Shown here: positions 11,318 to 20,000 of the stretch, piece by piece
How positions within the stretch are numbered: position 1 is the first letter of the stretch
Layout of the letters: every line of letters begins with the position of its first letter
NCBI GenBank assembly: GCA_013265495.1
Contig: MU058423.1
Span: forward strand, 6,844,447-6,864,446
DNA from: Vicugna vicugna
Lineage: Eukaryota
DNA: 20,000 bases
Direction of reading: 5' to 3'
Made by a program: the position numbers and the translations under genes
The notes under the pieces: generated by a model
Seen by the model: the letters and a program-made list of their open reading frames with translations, nothing else
Told to the model about the DNA's origin: nothing
Database searches by the model: none

Positions 11318-11574
11318 CCGGGGTGGAGTCCCATAAGTCCCTCCCTCGTAATTATTAACTCGGCCTTTCCAGGGGGCACTCTGAACCAGCTGCATTCTCA
11401 GTTTGGTGCTCAGCAGTCTCTAATACGAGGTGGTCGCATCCCTGCCTGGATCCGCTGTGGGCCAACTGCTTCTCAACTCTCAGATATCTCTGTGTTTCAC
11501 AGTGTGGGTCAGAATTGCTCCCATGTCACACAATCACTGAGGAACTAGGGTTTAGAAGGTTTCCTTTCTCACCC
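11318..11574 (-). other. Candidate antisense exon (non-coding or 5' UTR)
   Basis: Minus-strand acceptor atttttttgtAG and donor CGG|GTAAGA bracket a GC- and CpG-richer 257-nt island. Stops occur in all three frames. Confidence 0.4.
11348..11380. promoter_or_regulatory. HNF1-type site (GTTAATAATTAC on minus strand) next to a partial CTCF-like motif (TTTCCAGGGGGCACT)
   Basis: Motif match only. Confidence 0.3.
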
Positions 11575-11992
11575 CTACAAAAAAATGTCTAATTTTCCAT
11601 TATAAACACAATTTTAAAAAGTTAAGATTGACTGGACATGTAGCCAAAATAGATTAGGTAAAAATCACTGGACTTAGCTTATTGAATCTATATTTAGTGT
11701 AGCATCCCTTTTAGGATTCATTACTTTAGTAGTTATTATATTTTCCAAAACATGACTTAAAATACTAATAATTTTGAGAGATGTAACAATAAAATACTCT
11801 CCTTGTCACTTTTTTCCATAACTGAGATACTAAGAAACTTGGTGACATTAGACATCTTTTAAATGCTAGTGACTTTAATAAGACATACTAATTTTAGCAA
11901 TATTTCTTATTTATTGAACATTAGAATGCAATATTCAATATTTATTATTCAGTGAACAGTAGATATCACTGTCTTGTCCAACACTTATATGA

Positions 11993-12184
11993 TGTAATAA
12001 ACTAAATGTTTTTGTCCCTCTAAAATTCATATTTTGAAGTCCTAATCTGCAGTGTGACAAAATTTGGATATAGGGCCTTTATGGAAGTAACTAAATTTAA
12101 ATGAGGTCATAAAGGTGGGGCCCTGATCCAGTAGGATTACTGTCCTTTTAAGGAAAGATACCAGATACCAGAGGGAAAGTTCTT

Positions 12185-12224
<40 letters not shown>

Positions 12225-12449
12225 ACACCCCCCCCACACACACACACACACACATACACAGAAAAGGGCATGTGAGGAAGCAGCAAGAAGGCAGCTGTCT
12301 GCAAGTCAGGAAAAAAGTTCTCATCAGGAACTGGATTGGTCAGCACCATGATCTTGGATTTCTAGCCTCCAAAACTGTGATACGAAATACATTTCTGTTG
12401 GAACCCAGTCTGTGGTATGTTGTTATGGCAGTCTGAGTAGACTGAGACA
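11993..12449 (+). mobile_element. MLT1A-like solo MaLR LTR
   Basis: TG...CA ends; aaaattcatattttgaagtcctaa, aatgaggtcataaaggtggggccctgatcc, gatcttggatttctagcctccaaaactgtga, cccagtctgtggtat. Confidence 0.9.
12179..12260. repeat. Compound (TC)n-(C)n-(CA)n microsatellite inside the LTR
   Basis: Direct reading. Confidence 0.9.
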
Positions 12450-12839
12450 CATACTAATGACAATTTATTGTAAAATTAATAGTGTTACTGATTATAAGTT
12501 ATACCCTATTGTTTACAATATTTCATTAGTCATATTGTGAAAACTGAAAATAAGCAAAAAGAGTTTTTAAAATAATAAGCACATATTCTGGATTCCTATG
12601 TGCCTAAATACTATCATGGAAACAATATTTGACTTCAGTAGTTTTTCCCATAAAGAAAGTTGCAGTTTTGTTAGGCACAAAAGATATACAGAAGATAAAA
12701 TCACAGAGAACTAAAATTATAACACTTAGAAAATTTAGATGTAGGTGATCTGCCATAGCTATATATAAATCCTTTTCTGTATTTTTATCCTCTGGTTCAA
12801 AGTTTTTCCTTTCTATTCTTTATCACCAAATACTTCCAG

Positions 12840-13079
12840 GCTAACAAATACCTTACAATTGTGTGGTTTTTATTTGCTGAACTGTCATTAAGGAAAGCAA
12901 TGTGATTAAACAGTGGAAGGAGGTTGTGAAGATTTAACATGTGAGGTTTTTGCATTTTAATTGAACTGACTGGAGGAAATAATGTTGATTTAAACGGAAG
13001 GCATTTATATTGGCAGAATTTCAGCATTGTGGCCAATCATTTATGGTCAATAAATAGCTTCTGCCCACCCCTCATATGT
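12840..13079 (+). pseudogene. Putative pseudo-exon with second-Asp region and D-x-x-H-like motif (TLQLCGFYLL..*G ... PHM)
   Basis: Pyrimidine-rich acceptor ending ttccAG at 12839 and donor GTAAGT at 13080. LQLCGF at 12853-12870; cct cat atg lies just before the donor. Confidence 0.5.
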
Positions 13080-13164
13080 GTAAGTGCTAATCTGATGGTG
13101 TATACAAATGGACAGATTCATCACCTTAATCACAAACTTTGACATGTTTGAGAAAAAAATCCAA

Positions 13165-13272
13165 GTGGTCTAGGAGAGGCGGGAACTTTGCATTATTTAC
13201 TGTCATATTCCCACGTCTAGAACACTCTCTGATACATACTAGGCACTTAGTAAATACTTATTGATTAAGTTA
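13165..13272 (+). mobile_element. L2 3' terminus fragment
   Basis: tttactgtcatattcccacgtctagaaca...catactaggcacttagtaaatacttattga. Confidence 0.7.
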
Positions 13273-14515
13273 CAAATGCATGTCCCCTTCCCCTTCTTCC
13301 CCCACTTCCCTCCACACACTGAATGAGAAAGCTGAACTCTGGGCTCTGTAAGTATACGGGTCTTCTCAAGAAGCAAGCTCTTCTTTCCAGGCCTTGTTTG
13401 GGAAGAGGACAGACTGGCCCAGACTCTGTGAAAGGAAGGATGGCGTGGTTAGAGCTCTCCTATCCATTTCTTCCTTTCTGCTCCTTTTGTGGTAGTCCAG
13501 AAATACCTCAAAACCCTATTCTCCTTAAATCTGTTCCTCTCCCTGTAAGTCAGGAAAATCTCTCCCTTTGTTTAGAAACCAATTCTCAAGTCTGAGCTGG
13601 GAGCAGATGCTGCAACCAACTTCTGTGATGCACATGACATAGGGAAAGAGATTGTCCCATTTGTTTTATAAACAATCCTTCAGTTAATTACCCTACAAAC
13701 ATGACCCAACACTCCTTTTATTGATCCCCCGCCAGCTCTGTTCATGGCTCTCTGGGTCTCCAGCAAGGAGGTGCTCCCGTATAGCCTTCTGGCAATTCTT
13801 TGAGAAATAGTAATTAAATAAGATGAATAATCCTATGATAATTGTTTCAATATAGATTTCTTAGCATATTAAAGATCTTTGATGGGGAGGAGGAAAAAGG
13901 TATGCCCAGTCTATCATCTTGGTCTGAAAATAATATTTCAGTCAGGAGACTTTTAAGAACTTATGTTTTTATATAATTTCCCCTTTGAATATTCAGAAAC
14001 TTTTTCAGAGGACTAAATTAATAGAATTATTGAGGTTTCTTTATTTCCTGTATTAGCTTTCCAAATTCTTCCTGTATTAGGTTAACAAGACACAGATTGC
14101 AAGAAAAATTCAAGTTAACCTCTAAAAAGAAATTGTAACTTTTATAAACAAGCAAACAAAAAGTAGGAGGAGGGAACTAAACCCAAGAAGAATGAAAGAA
14201 AACAGTCCTCAAACTCTTAAACATCCTCACAGGTCCCCCTCTCCCTCAAAATTCAGAAACCCAATACACACATTTCAGAGGCACAAAGACCTCTTACAGC
14301 TCTTTATAGGCCCTCTACACAAAGCCTAGGAACTTCTCTGCAGGCAAAAATGCAATCAAATTTATGAGCCATGCTAGGTAGCCAGGGGAGGGAAAAATAC
14401 ATTTTGTCTCATCCATCCCAGGTTGAAATATATTGTTTTTCTTTCTTTGATGATCTAATCAATCCTGTAAATTTAACAGTTCAACACTAAGTTCAATGGA
14501 CTCCGTTATTCAGGT

Positions 14516-14561
14516 TTCCTTTCTTCTTCTTCTTTTTCTTTTTTTTTTTTTTTTTTTTTTT
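14516..14561. repeat. Pyrimidine / poly(T) tract
   Basis: (TTC)n followed by a T run of more than 20 nt. Confidence 0.9.
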
Positions 14562-15349
14562 AAAGCTTTTCTTTCTCTATTGTACTGCTGTAGTCATTGA
14601 GGAAGTCAGAGTAGGGAGTGTAGTAGATATGGAGCCAACAGCACACTTCAAATTCCAGTAATTGCCCTGAACAAAGAAATACCCACATACTAGGGTCTTC
14701 CTTTGGAGAAAGGGACAGTAGAAAATGTGCCACTTTTCAGATCCACTCCCACACTGACCCACTCTCCGAGGTTGGACTATTAAGGGCCTGACCCTTGTGG
14801 GTGGGCAATGAGGAATGTGGCATTTACTTAATTTTGGGGCTTCTGCTCAAATGTAGTGTTGTTTAGTCAGTATGTTCTATGATAGGCTCTCTTTTAAAAG
14901 TCTCTTTCTGCCTTATATTTTTTCCCCTCTGGGAGAAAATAAAGCTGAAAAAACAACAGAATTTAAGAGGTCAGAAACTAACAGCTGTGAAGTCAGCCAC
15001 ACAAGTCTTACAGTAATGAGCAACAACATATCTGTTTTCAGGTTTCTTTTGTTAGTTCAATACTACTTTCATCATTAAAAAGAAAAAAAAAGATTAAAGA
15101 TACTATAGAGAATTAAAGATCATTAAAATTAGCATATTCATCTTGATCACATCACTAGAACTTAAGAGTCTTCAACCCAAAAATCAAATCAGTCATAAGC
15201 TAGACCTAATAGATTAGAAATAAACGTTGGATAGTAAAATTTGATTAATCATATAGCAAAATATGAGGAAAATAGTTTAGTTGGCTCCTATATTGAAATT
15301 TTTTAAGCTTAGAACCAAATGACCAAATCATTCAGATACATTCCAAATT

Positions 15350-15525
15350 GCAGTTTTTGGAGTTGGAAAGAGCTTGTTTGATTCTGAAGTTGATCACTTA
15401 CTGAGTTGGGGTCATCTATGGATATTAATTTTCCCATTTAAAAAAATGCAATTAAAAAACTTACCTCAGTGAGTATTATCAGAATTAAATGAGATAATAT
15501 ATGTACATCATGCAACAGTAGCTAA
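15350..15525 (+). mobile_element. MIR SINE
   Basis: ttttcccatttaaaaaaatg...cttacctcagtgagtattatcagaattaaatgagataatatatgta. Confidence 0.7.
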
Positions 15526-15539
15526 AGTACCTATTTTAC

Positions 15540-15704
15540 AGTGACAAGGGTCACACATGAGTTCAAAAGATCTGGGTTTGAGTATCAGCTGAGCCATTTA
15601 CTAACTTCGAGTCTTTTCAAGTTTATTTACCCTGACTTTTAATATTTTTTGCTTCATAAAATTAAAGCTAAGGCTGTAATTATTATTATGAAGATTAATT
15701 AATG
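15540..15704 (+). mobile_element. MIR SINE (second tandem copy)
   Basis: agatctgggtttgagtatcagctgagccatttactaact...aagtttatttacc...tgaagattaa. Confidence 0.7.
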
Positions 15705-15707
15705 GAG

Positions 15708-15795
15708 TTCATTCATTCATTTAAACAATTGTTATTTGGGATAAAACAGTGGACCCAAAAGACACCTGTCCACATTTAACTGAGATTCTAGTAGT
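15708..15795 (-). mobile_element. L2 3' terminus fragment
   Basis: (ttca)n tail followed by ttgggataaaacagtggacccaaaagaca. Confidence 0.55.
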
Positions 15796-16182
15796 TTTAA
15801 TAAAATTTTACACGCAGCAGTAATTTATTTAACATAAATGAAGATCAGTTCTATCCAAAGAGAGAATTATAGCTCTAGTTTACTCTCCAACAGAGTATTA
15901 TTAAAGAGGAGGGAAGGAATCACTGAAAGGATCCCCTTTCTAGTTCCAAGGCTCATCTTTAGCTAAAAAGCAGATTTACACATTTTGTGAAAGATTTTTT
16001 AAAGAAGCAATGGGAAGAGACAAAATAAATTATACAATTAAGAAAAAAAAAGACATAAAAGAAATTGAACTCTTTTGCACTAATTTTGGTAGTTTTAGCA
16101 TGCCCACTGCTTTCAAAAGAGATTAATTCTGGAAAGTATGACTCCAAGCCACAAAAGGATTAATTATTTTTATTTATTTTAG

Positions 16183-16390
16183 TGTTGTGCAGCAGGTTGG
16201 AGAAATTTGTTTAAGATGCTGTTTCCTTATTATTCCCCTTCTCCAAGTCTGGTTGCAGAGTCTGAGATTACTATAGAAAAAAGTATGTAATTAGTCATGT
16301 TCTAACTACTTCTTTTGGTTCACTGATACATATGAAATGTTTGCAGCTGTTGTCTTCTTACAAGCAAATGAACTCACCTTGACAGTAGAT
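16183..16390 (+). pseudogene. Putative pseudo-exon, insertion (GTP-binding) domain (WRNLF...EIT...LSSYKQMN-TLTVD)
   Basis: ttatttattttAG at 16182 and GTAATT at 16391. RN at 16201 and LSSYKQMN at 16350-16373 resemble the K-x-x-R-N and L-x-x-(F/Y)-x-K-M-x-V-x-L-A motifs. Confidence 0.5.
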
Positions 16391-16563
16391 GTAATTATTC
16401 AAATATGCATATTAATTAACAAAACAAATAAAAACTCCAAGGATTACAGTTGACTGAAGTTTTTTATGTTTACAATCACAATTTTAGAAATAACTGGCTT
16501 GCCAAGTTACTTTTATTTCTCACCTCATATTGAGAGTTCCATATGCATACCTTTTACATTCAG

Positions 16564-17030
16564 AAGAAATCCAAATTATTTTGAATTGGCTGCTGCTTTG
16601 TAGGTTGTTGAATGAGCTATTTATTAGCAAAACCACAGTATAAACAAGCCTAAAGAAAAGTATGAAAAATTCTATGGGACTTTAACCAAGGAAGTTTTAT
16701 CAGGAGAAGAGGGATGGACACATATTTTAAGATTACTTGTAGTTACAATGAGTAGCAAGAAAATGGGGAAAAGGGATCTTAAAACTTACAGGAATTATTA
16801 CACTATTTTTACTCTTTCCCTAGGTAAATCATTGATCTGGAAATAAAGTGTATTACCTGTGAATGGCAGGGTGAACTTTTTTAGTAGGGGGATTTATTTA
16901 TTTATTTATTTTTGGTTTCCCATCTTTTCAGGGCTGCTGTGATAGGTACAACTAGTATTTCATACATATTAATTCTGACAGCAAGGTTTTTTTCTCTTTG
17001 AATGTACAAAAACTGTCACTCTGTATTTAG
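16564..17030 (+). pseudogene. Cluster of putative C-terminal pseudo-exons (16564-~16751, 16824-16870, 16932-~17030)
   Basis: Acceptors at 16563, 16823 (actctttccctAG) and 16931 (cccatcttttcAG). Remnants: LNWLLLCRLLNELF, LTKEVL....GW, AAVIG..SY.L, LNVQKLS. Confidence 0.4.
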
Positions 17031-17226
17031 CCTCATGTTATATATTTTATAAAAAGAATTTACTTTCTCTAAGCTTAATTTCAATCACTGTAGTTCAGTG
17101 GGGTTGATTAATTTCTCAGGGGTTAATTTCTTGTTTCTGTATTTAAAAATTTACCTTTATGCTTAGGTTCATTCCCTAGGCATTCAAACAGCTAAAGAAG
17201 TTCCTAAGAAATGTCAGACACACATG

Positions 17227-17230
<4 letters not shown>

Positions 17231-17264
<34 letters not shown>
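17231..17264. repeat. (CA)17 microsatellite
   Basis: Perfect run, direct reading. Confidence 0.95.
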
Positions 17265-17265
<1 letters not shown>

Positions 17266-17539
17266 TTTGATGCCTTGTACTTCTCTCCTTCACAGCCTTA
17301 TTTTTTTAATGTAAAAAAAATTATTTTGATTTTATATTTGAAACTTAACACATCTTCAGTTTTCTGAGCCAACAGGAATGCTCTAATACTATATTCTACA
17401 AATGGATATTGACATAGATTTTAGCTAAAATATATCAGCAGCAGAATTCCCACTGTTCCTTAGAGAGGTTGAAATTTTTTATTTTTAGCATTTAGTATAT
17501 TTAAATTCTTCTGATACCTGGATTTTGGTGATTTTCCCC

Positions 17540-18369
17540 CAAGTCTTCTTGAGATATACTTGACATGTAACATTATATTAGTTTTAGGTGGACAACATAA
17601 TGATTTGATATATGTATATATTGCCAAATGATTACCACAGTAAGTTTAGTTAACACCCATACCCTCACATAGTTACAATTTTTTCTTGTGATAATAACTT
17701 TTAAGATCTACTCTCTTAGCAAATTCCAAATATACAATACAGTATTATTAACTGTAGTCACCTTGCTGTACATTATATGTCCAGAACTTGTTTGTATCTT
17801 TTGACCGCATTCGCCCATTTTGCCCACCCTGCCACCCCCACCTCTGGCAGCCACCAATATGTAGCTGTAAAGTCTGGGTTTTTTTTTTTAGATTCTATAC
17901 GTAAATGAGATCATACAGGATTTGTCTTTCTCTGTCTGACTTATTTCATTTAGCATAATGCCTTCAAGGTCCATCCATGTCATTGCAAATGGCAGGATTT
18001 CCCTCATTTTTATGGCTGATTTTTTTCCTCTCTCTGATATTTATTGATATCAATCATATTTTCTTTATCCATTTATCCATTGATGGACACTTGGTTTGAT
18101 TCCATGTCTTGGCTGTTGTAAATAATCCTGTAAGGAGCATGAAGGTGCAGATATCTTTTTGAGATAGTAGTTTCATTTCCTTTGGATATATACCTAGAAA
18201 TGGGATTACTGGATCATGTTGCAATTTTATTTTCAATTTTTTGAGGAACCCCCTCCCCATACTGTGTTACATAGTGACTGCACCAATTTACATTCCCACC
18301 CACAGTGCACAGGGGTTCCCTTTTCTTCACAACCTAACCAACATTTGTTATTTGTGGTCTTTCTGACAA
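17540..18369 (-). mobile_element. L1MA9/10-like L1: 3' UTR plus decayed ORF2 C-terminus
   Basis: cttttaagatctactctcttagcaaattccaaatatacaatacagtattattaact; ORF2 remnant [22 protein letters not shown]...AKTWNQTKCPSMDKWIKK. Confidence 0.9.
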
Positions 18370-18374
18370 GTGTA

Positions 18375-18494
18375 AGGGATAATCAATTTACAATGTTGTG
18401 TTAATTTCTGTTATTTATACACACATATGTGTTTATAAATATATATGTATTCCTTTTTCATATTCTTTTTCATTATAGGCCATTACAAGGTACT
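18375..18494 (-). mobile_element. Short younger L1 3' terminus nested at the end of the L1MA fragment
   Basis: aatttacaatgttgtgttaatttctg...tattcctttttcatattctttttcattataggccattacaaggta. Confidence 0.65.
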
Positions 18495-18589
18495 CACAGC
18501 CATACTTTTAAAAAAGTGTAATTTACATTCCCTTTACACATCCTTATTTTCTTATAAATTGCATTTCTCTTTACACATCCTCCCCTGAC

Positions 18590-19520
18590 TGAAGACAATT
18601 GGCTTCCCTTTCTATCATGGGAGTAAAATTGCTGTCATCAAAGGACTGACTGTGTTGTTGCTAAAACCAATGGATCCTTTACTTCCCTATTCTTACTCAC
18701 TTTATAGCAGTATTTAATAACATAATCGTTTCTGTCTTAAATCATTTTTTTCTGCTTCAGTAAGCTTATCTGATGTATTTCCTACCTCTGCTATTACTGT
18801 CTCAGTTTCCTTTAAATTTCCTTTGAGTTTGTTTTAAGCATCTAAGAGTGATATCTTCAGCATCCTTCTTCTCTGCATAGTCCCTGGACGATTGGGGCAG
18901 TTTACGTGCTTTAAAAAATCATCTGATATGTAGAATCTAAAAAAAGAAGGAGAAAAACCAAACGACACAAATGAATTTATTTATAAAACAGAAACAGACT
19001 CACAGGCATAAAAACAAATTTATGGCTACCCAGGGGGAAAAGGGGTTGGAGAGAGATAAATTGGGAGTTTGGGATTAGCAGGTAAAAACTACTATATATA
19101 ATACAGATAAACAGCAAGGTCCTACAGATAGCACAGGGAACTATTTTCAATACCTTGTAATATATATGTACAACTGAATCACTGTGTTGTACCCCAGGAA
19201 TAAACATGGCATTATAAATTGACTGTACTTCAATAAAAAAAAATTCTGATCTCATGCTGCCTCTGTATCCATGATCTAGCGCAGATGCATATATCCAAAT
19301 ACCTTTTGGACATTTCTGCTTGAATGTCTCACAGGCACCTCAGCTTAATGTGCTCCAAACTGAACTTTTCATCTTCTCCTCTCTCCTCCATTTACCAAAT
19401 GACTCTTCTATGTTCCTTATGTCAGCAAATAGTAACATCTCGCATTTCCAAAGCCAGAAACAAGGACATAATTTTGATTGCTCATTTTCTTTCATCCTCA
19501 GATCTAAACAATTAGCAAGT
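18590..19520 (+). mobile_element. L2 ORF2 (RT region) fragment interrupted by an L1
   Basis: ctaaaaccaatgga...ttcttactcactttatagcagtattt (decayed LDLSAAFD) and catatatccaa...ggacatttctgcttgaatgtctcacaggcacctcagcttaa. Confidence 0.75.
18928..19243 (+). mobile_element. Artiodactyl-type L1 3' UTR fragment with A tail
   Basis: acaaatgaatttatttataaaacagaaacagactcacag...aaggtcctacagatagcacagggaacta...AATAAA plus A run. Confidence 0.9.
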
Positions 19521-19587
19521 CCTGCCATTCTTGAATGTATTTTGGGGCACATATCTGTGGGGCAGATAAAGCAGGAGTCCCTGTGGT

Positions 19588-19777
19588 CAGTAAGTCTCAA
19601 ATTTAGAATCTGTAAGAATCGCTTGGATCAATTGTTAAAAATACAGATCTCTGCAACCCATTCTCAGAGGTTCTAAGCTAACAGGTTTGTGGTAGGGCCT
19701 GGTAATATTCCCTACAGCAAAGGCTTTTGGTAATTCTGGTGGAGGAGGCATCTGGTTCACACCTTTAAGAAACTCTG
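19588..19777. mobile_element. MER5A-like hAT-Charlie non-autonomous DNA transposon
   Basis: About 190 bp with decayed TIRs cagtaagtctcaaa / tttaagaaactctg and internal ttgttaaaaatacagat. Confidence 0.75.
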
Positions 19778-20000
19778 CTTTGTGATTTGGGCCTAAACCA
19801 CCTTGGGCTTTTCATGAGCTTTTTATAATTTTTAATCTTGGAACAATGATATGTCATCCTCTTTTTAAAAAAACATAGTATAAATATGAAAGTGAAAAAT
19901 ACAAACAATTATTTAATTTTTATAAGTTAAATAATTTATAAATGCCTTTATAAATATTAACTTATATGATTGTATTTTTAATGTTCCTTTTACTTGAAAT

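Larger units (their letters stand above)
68..17030 (+). pseudogene. Putative multi-exon fossil gene encoding a degraded P-element-superfamily (THAP9-like) transposase; probably begins upstream of the window
   Basis: About 16 exon-like segments, several with polypyrimidine-AG and GT donors. Translated remnants occur in transposase order: KG.F...HS.DC...C, IRS-C...LC, YKYFRKLIFL, IVLLMDKI, LGDI, LQLCGF, PH, WRNLF, LSSYKQMN, LNVQKLS. Many stops and frameshifts. Family assigned by manual motif recognition. Confidence 0.6.

Noticed and set aside
11297..11548. 83-aa + strand ORF
   Set aside because: No recognisable protein; the length is explained by local GC content.
11354..11573. Minus-strand frame with a single in-frame TGA (selenocysteine or readthrough?)
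   Set aside because: No recognisable homology or SECIS element; one TGA in about 70 codons of GC-richer DNA is expected by chance.
14298..14310. TATA box (CCTATAAAG, minus strand)
   Set aside because: It lies inside a segment better explained as an internal exon, and a lone motif is not sufficient evidence.
68..17030. Identity with THAP9
   Set aside because: THAP9 has few exons, with most of the core in one large exon, and an N-terminal THAP finger. Here the core is split among many small exons and the resemblance is only at motif level, so no symbol is given.
18054..19676. Cluster of ORFs of 62-118 aa
   Set aside because: They lie within L1, L2 and MER5A remnants, with no independent coding signal.
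1..20000. CRISPR arrays, tRNA/rRNA genes, prokaryotic systems, P-element terminal inverted repeats
   Set aside because: None seen. The sequence is mammalian, and no terminal repeats flank the transposase-like remnants within the window.

Overview
AT-rich, CpG-depleted mammalian genomic DNA. A camelid origin is inferred from the young L1 3' end at 10502-11062. No intact protein-coding gene is visible, and the supplied ORFs are L1 ORF2 remnants or chance frames. Much of the window is interspersed repeat (L2, MIR, MaLR LTR and internal sequence, L1 of several ages, MER5A, microsatellites). The main observation lies in the unique sequence between repeats. A chain of + strand segments, many with canonical splice signals, translates through stops and frameshifts to motifs resembling a P-element-superfamily (THAP9-like) transposase in the expected order: two Cys/His modules flanking an RFX-like winged helix, an HTH, the first catalytic Asp, a second-Asp region, a D-x-x-H-like motif, the insertion domain, and the approach to the catalytic Glu. 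This suggests a dead, many-intron, formerly domesticated transposase gene distinct from THAP9. The assignment was made by eye and needs an HMM or tblastn test. A possible antisense spliced non-coding transcript (about 14830 to 11318) lies in its introns.
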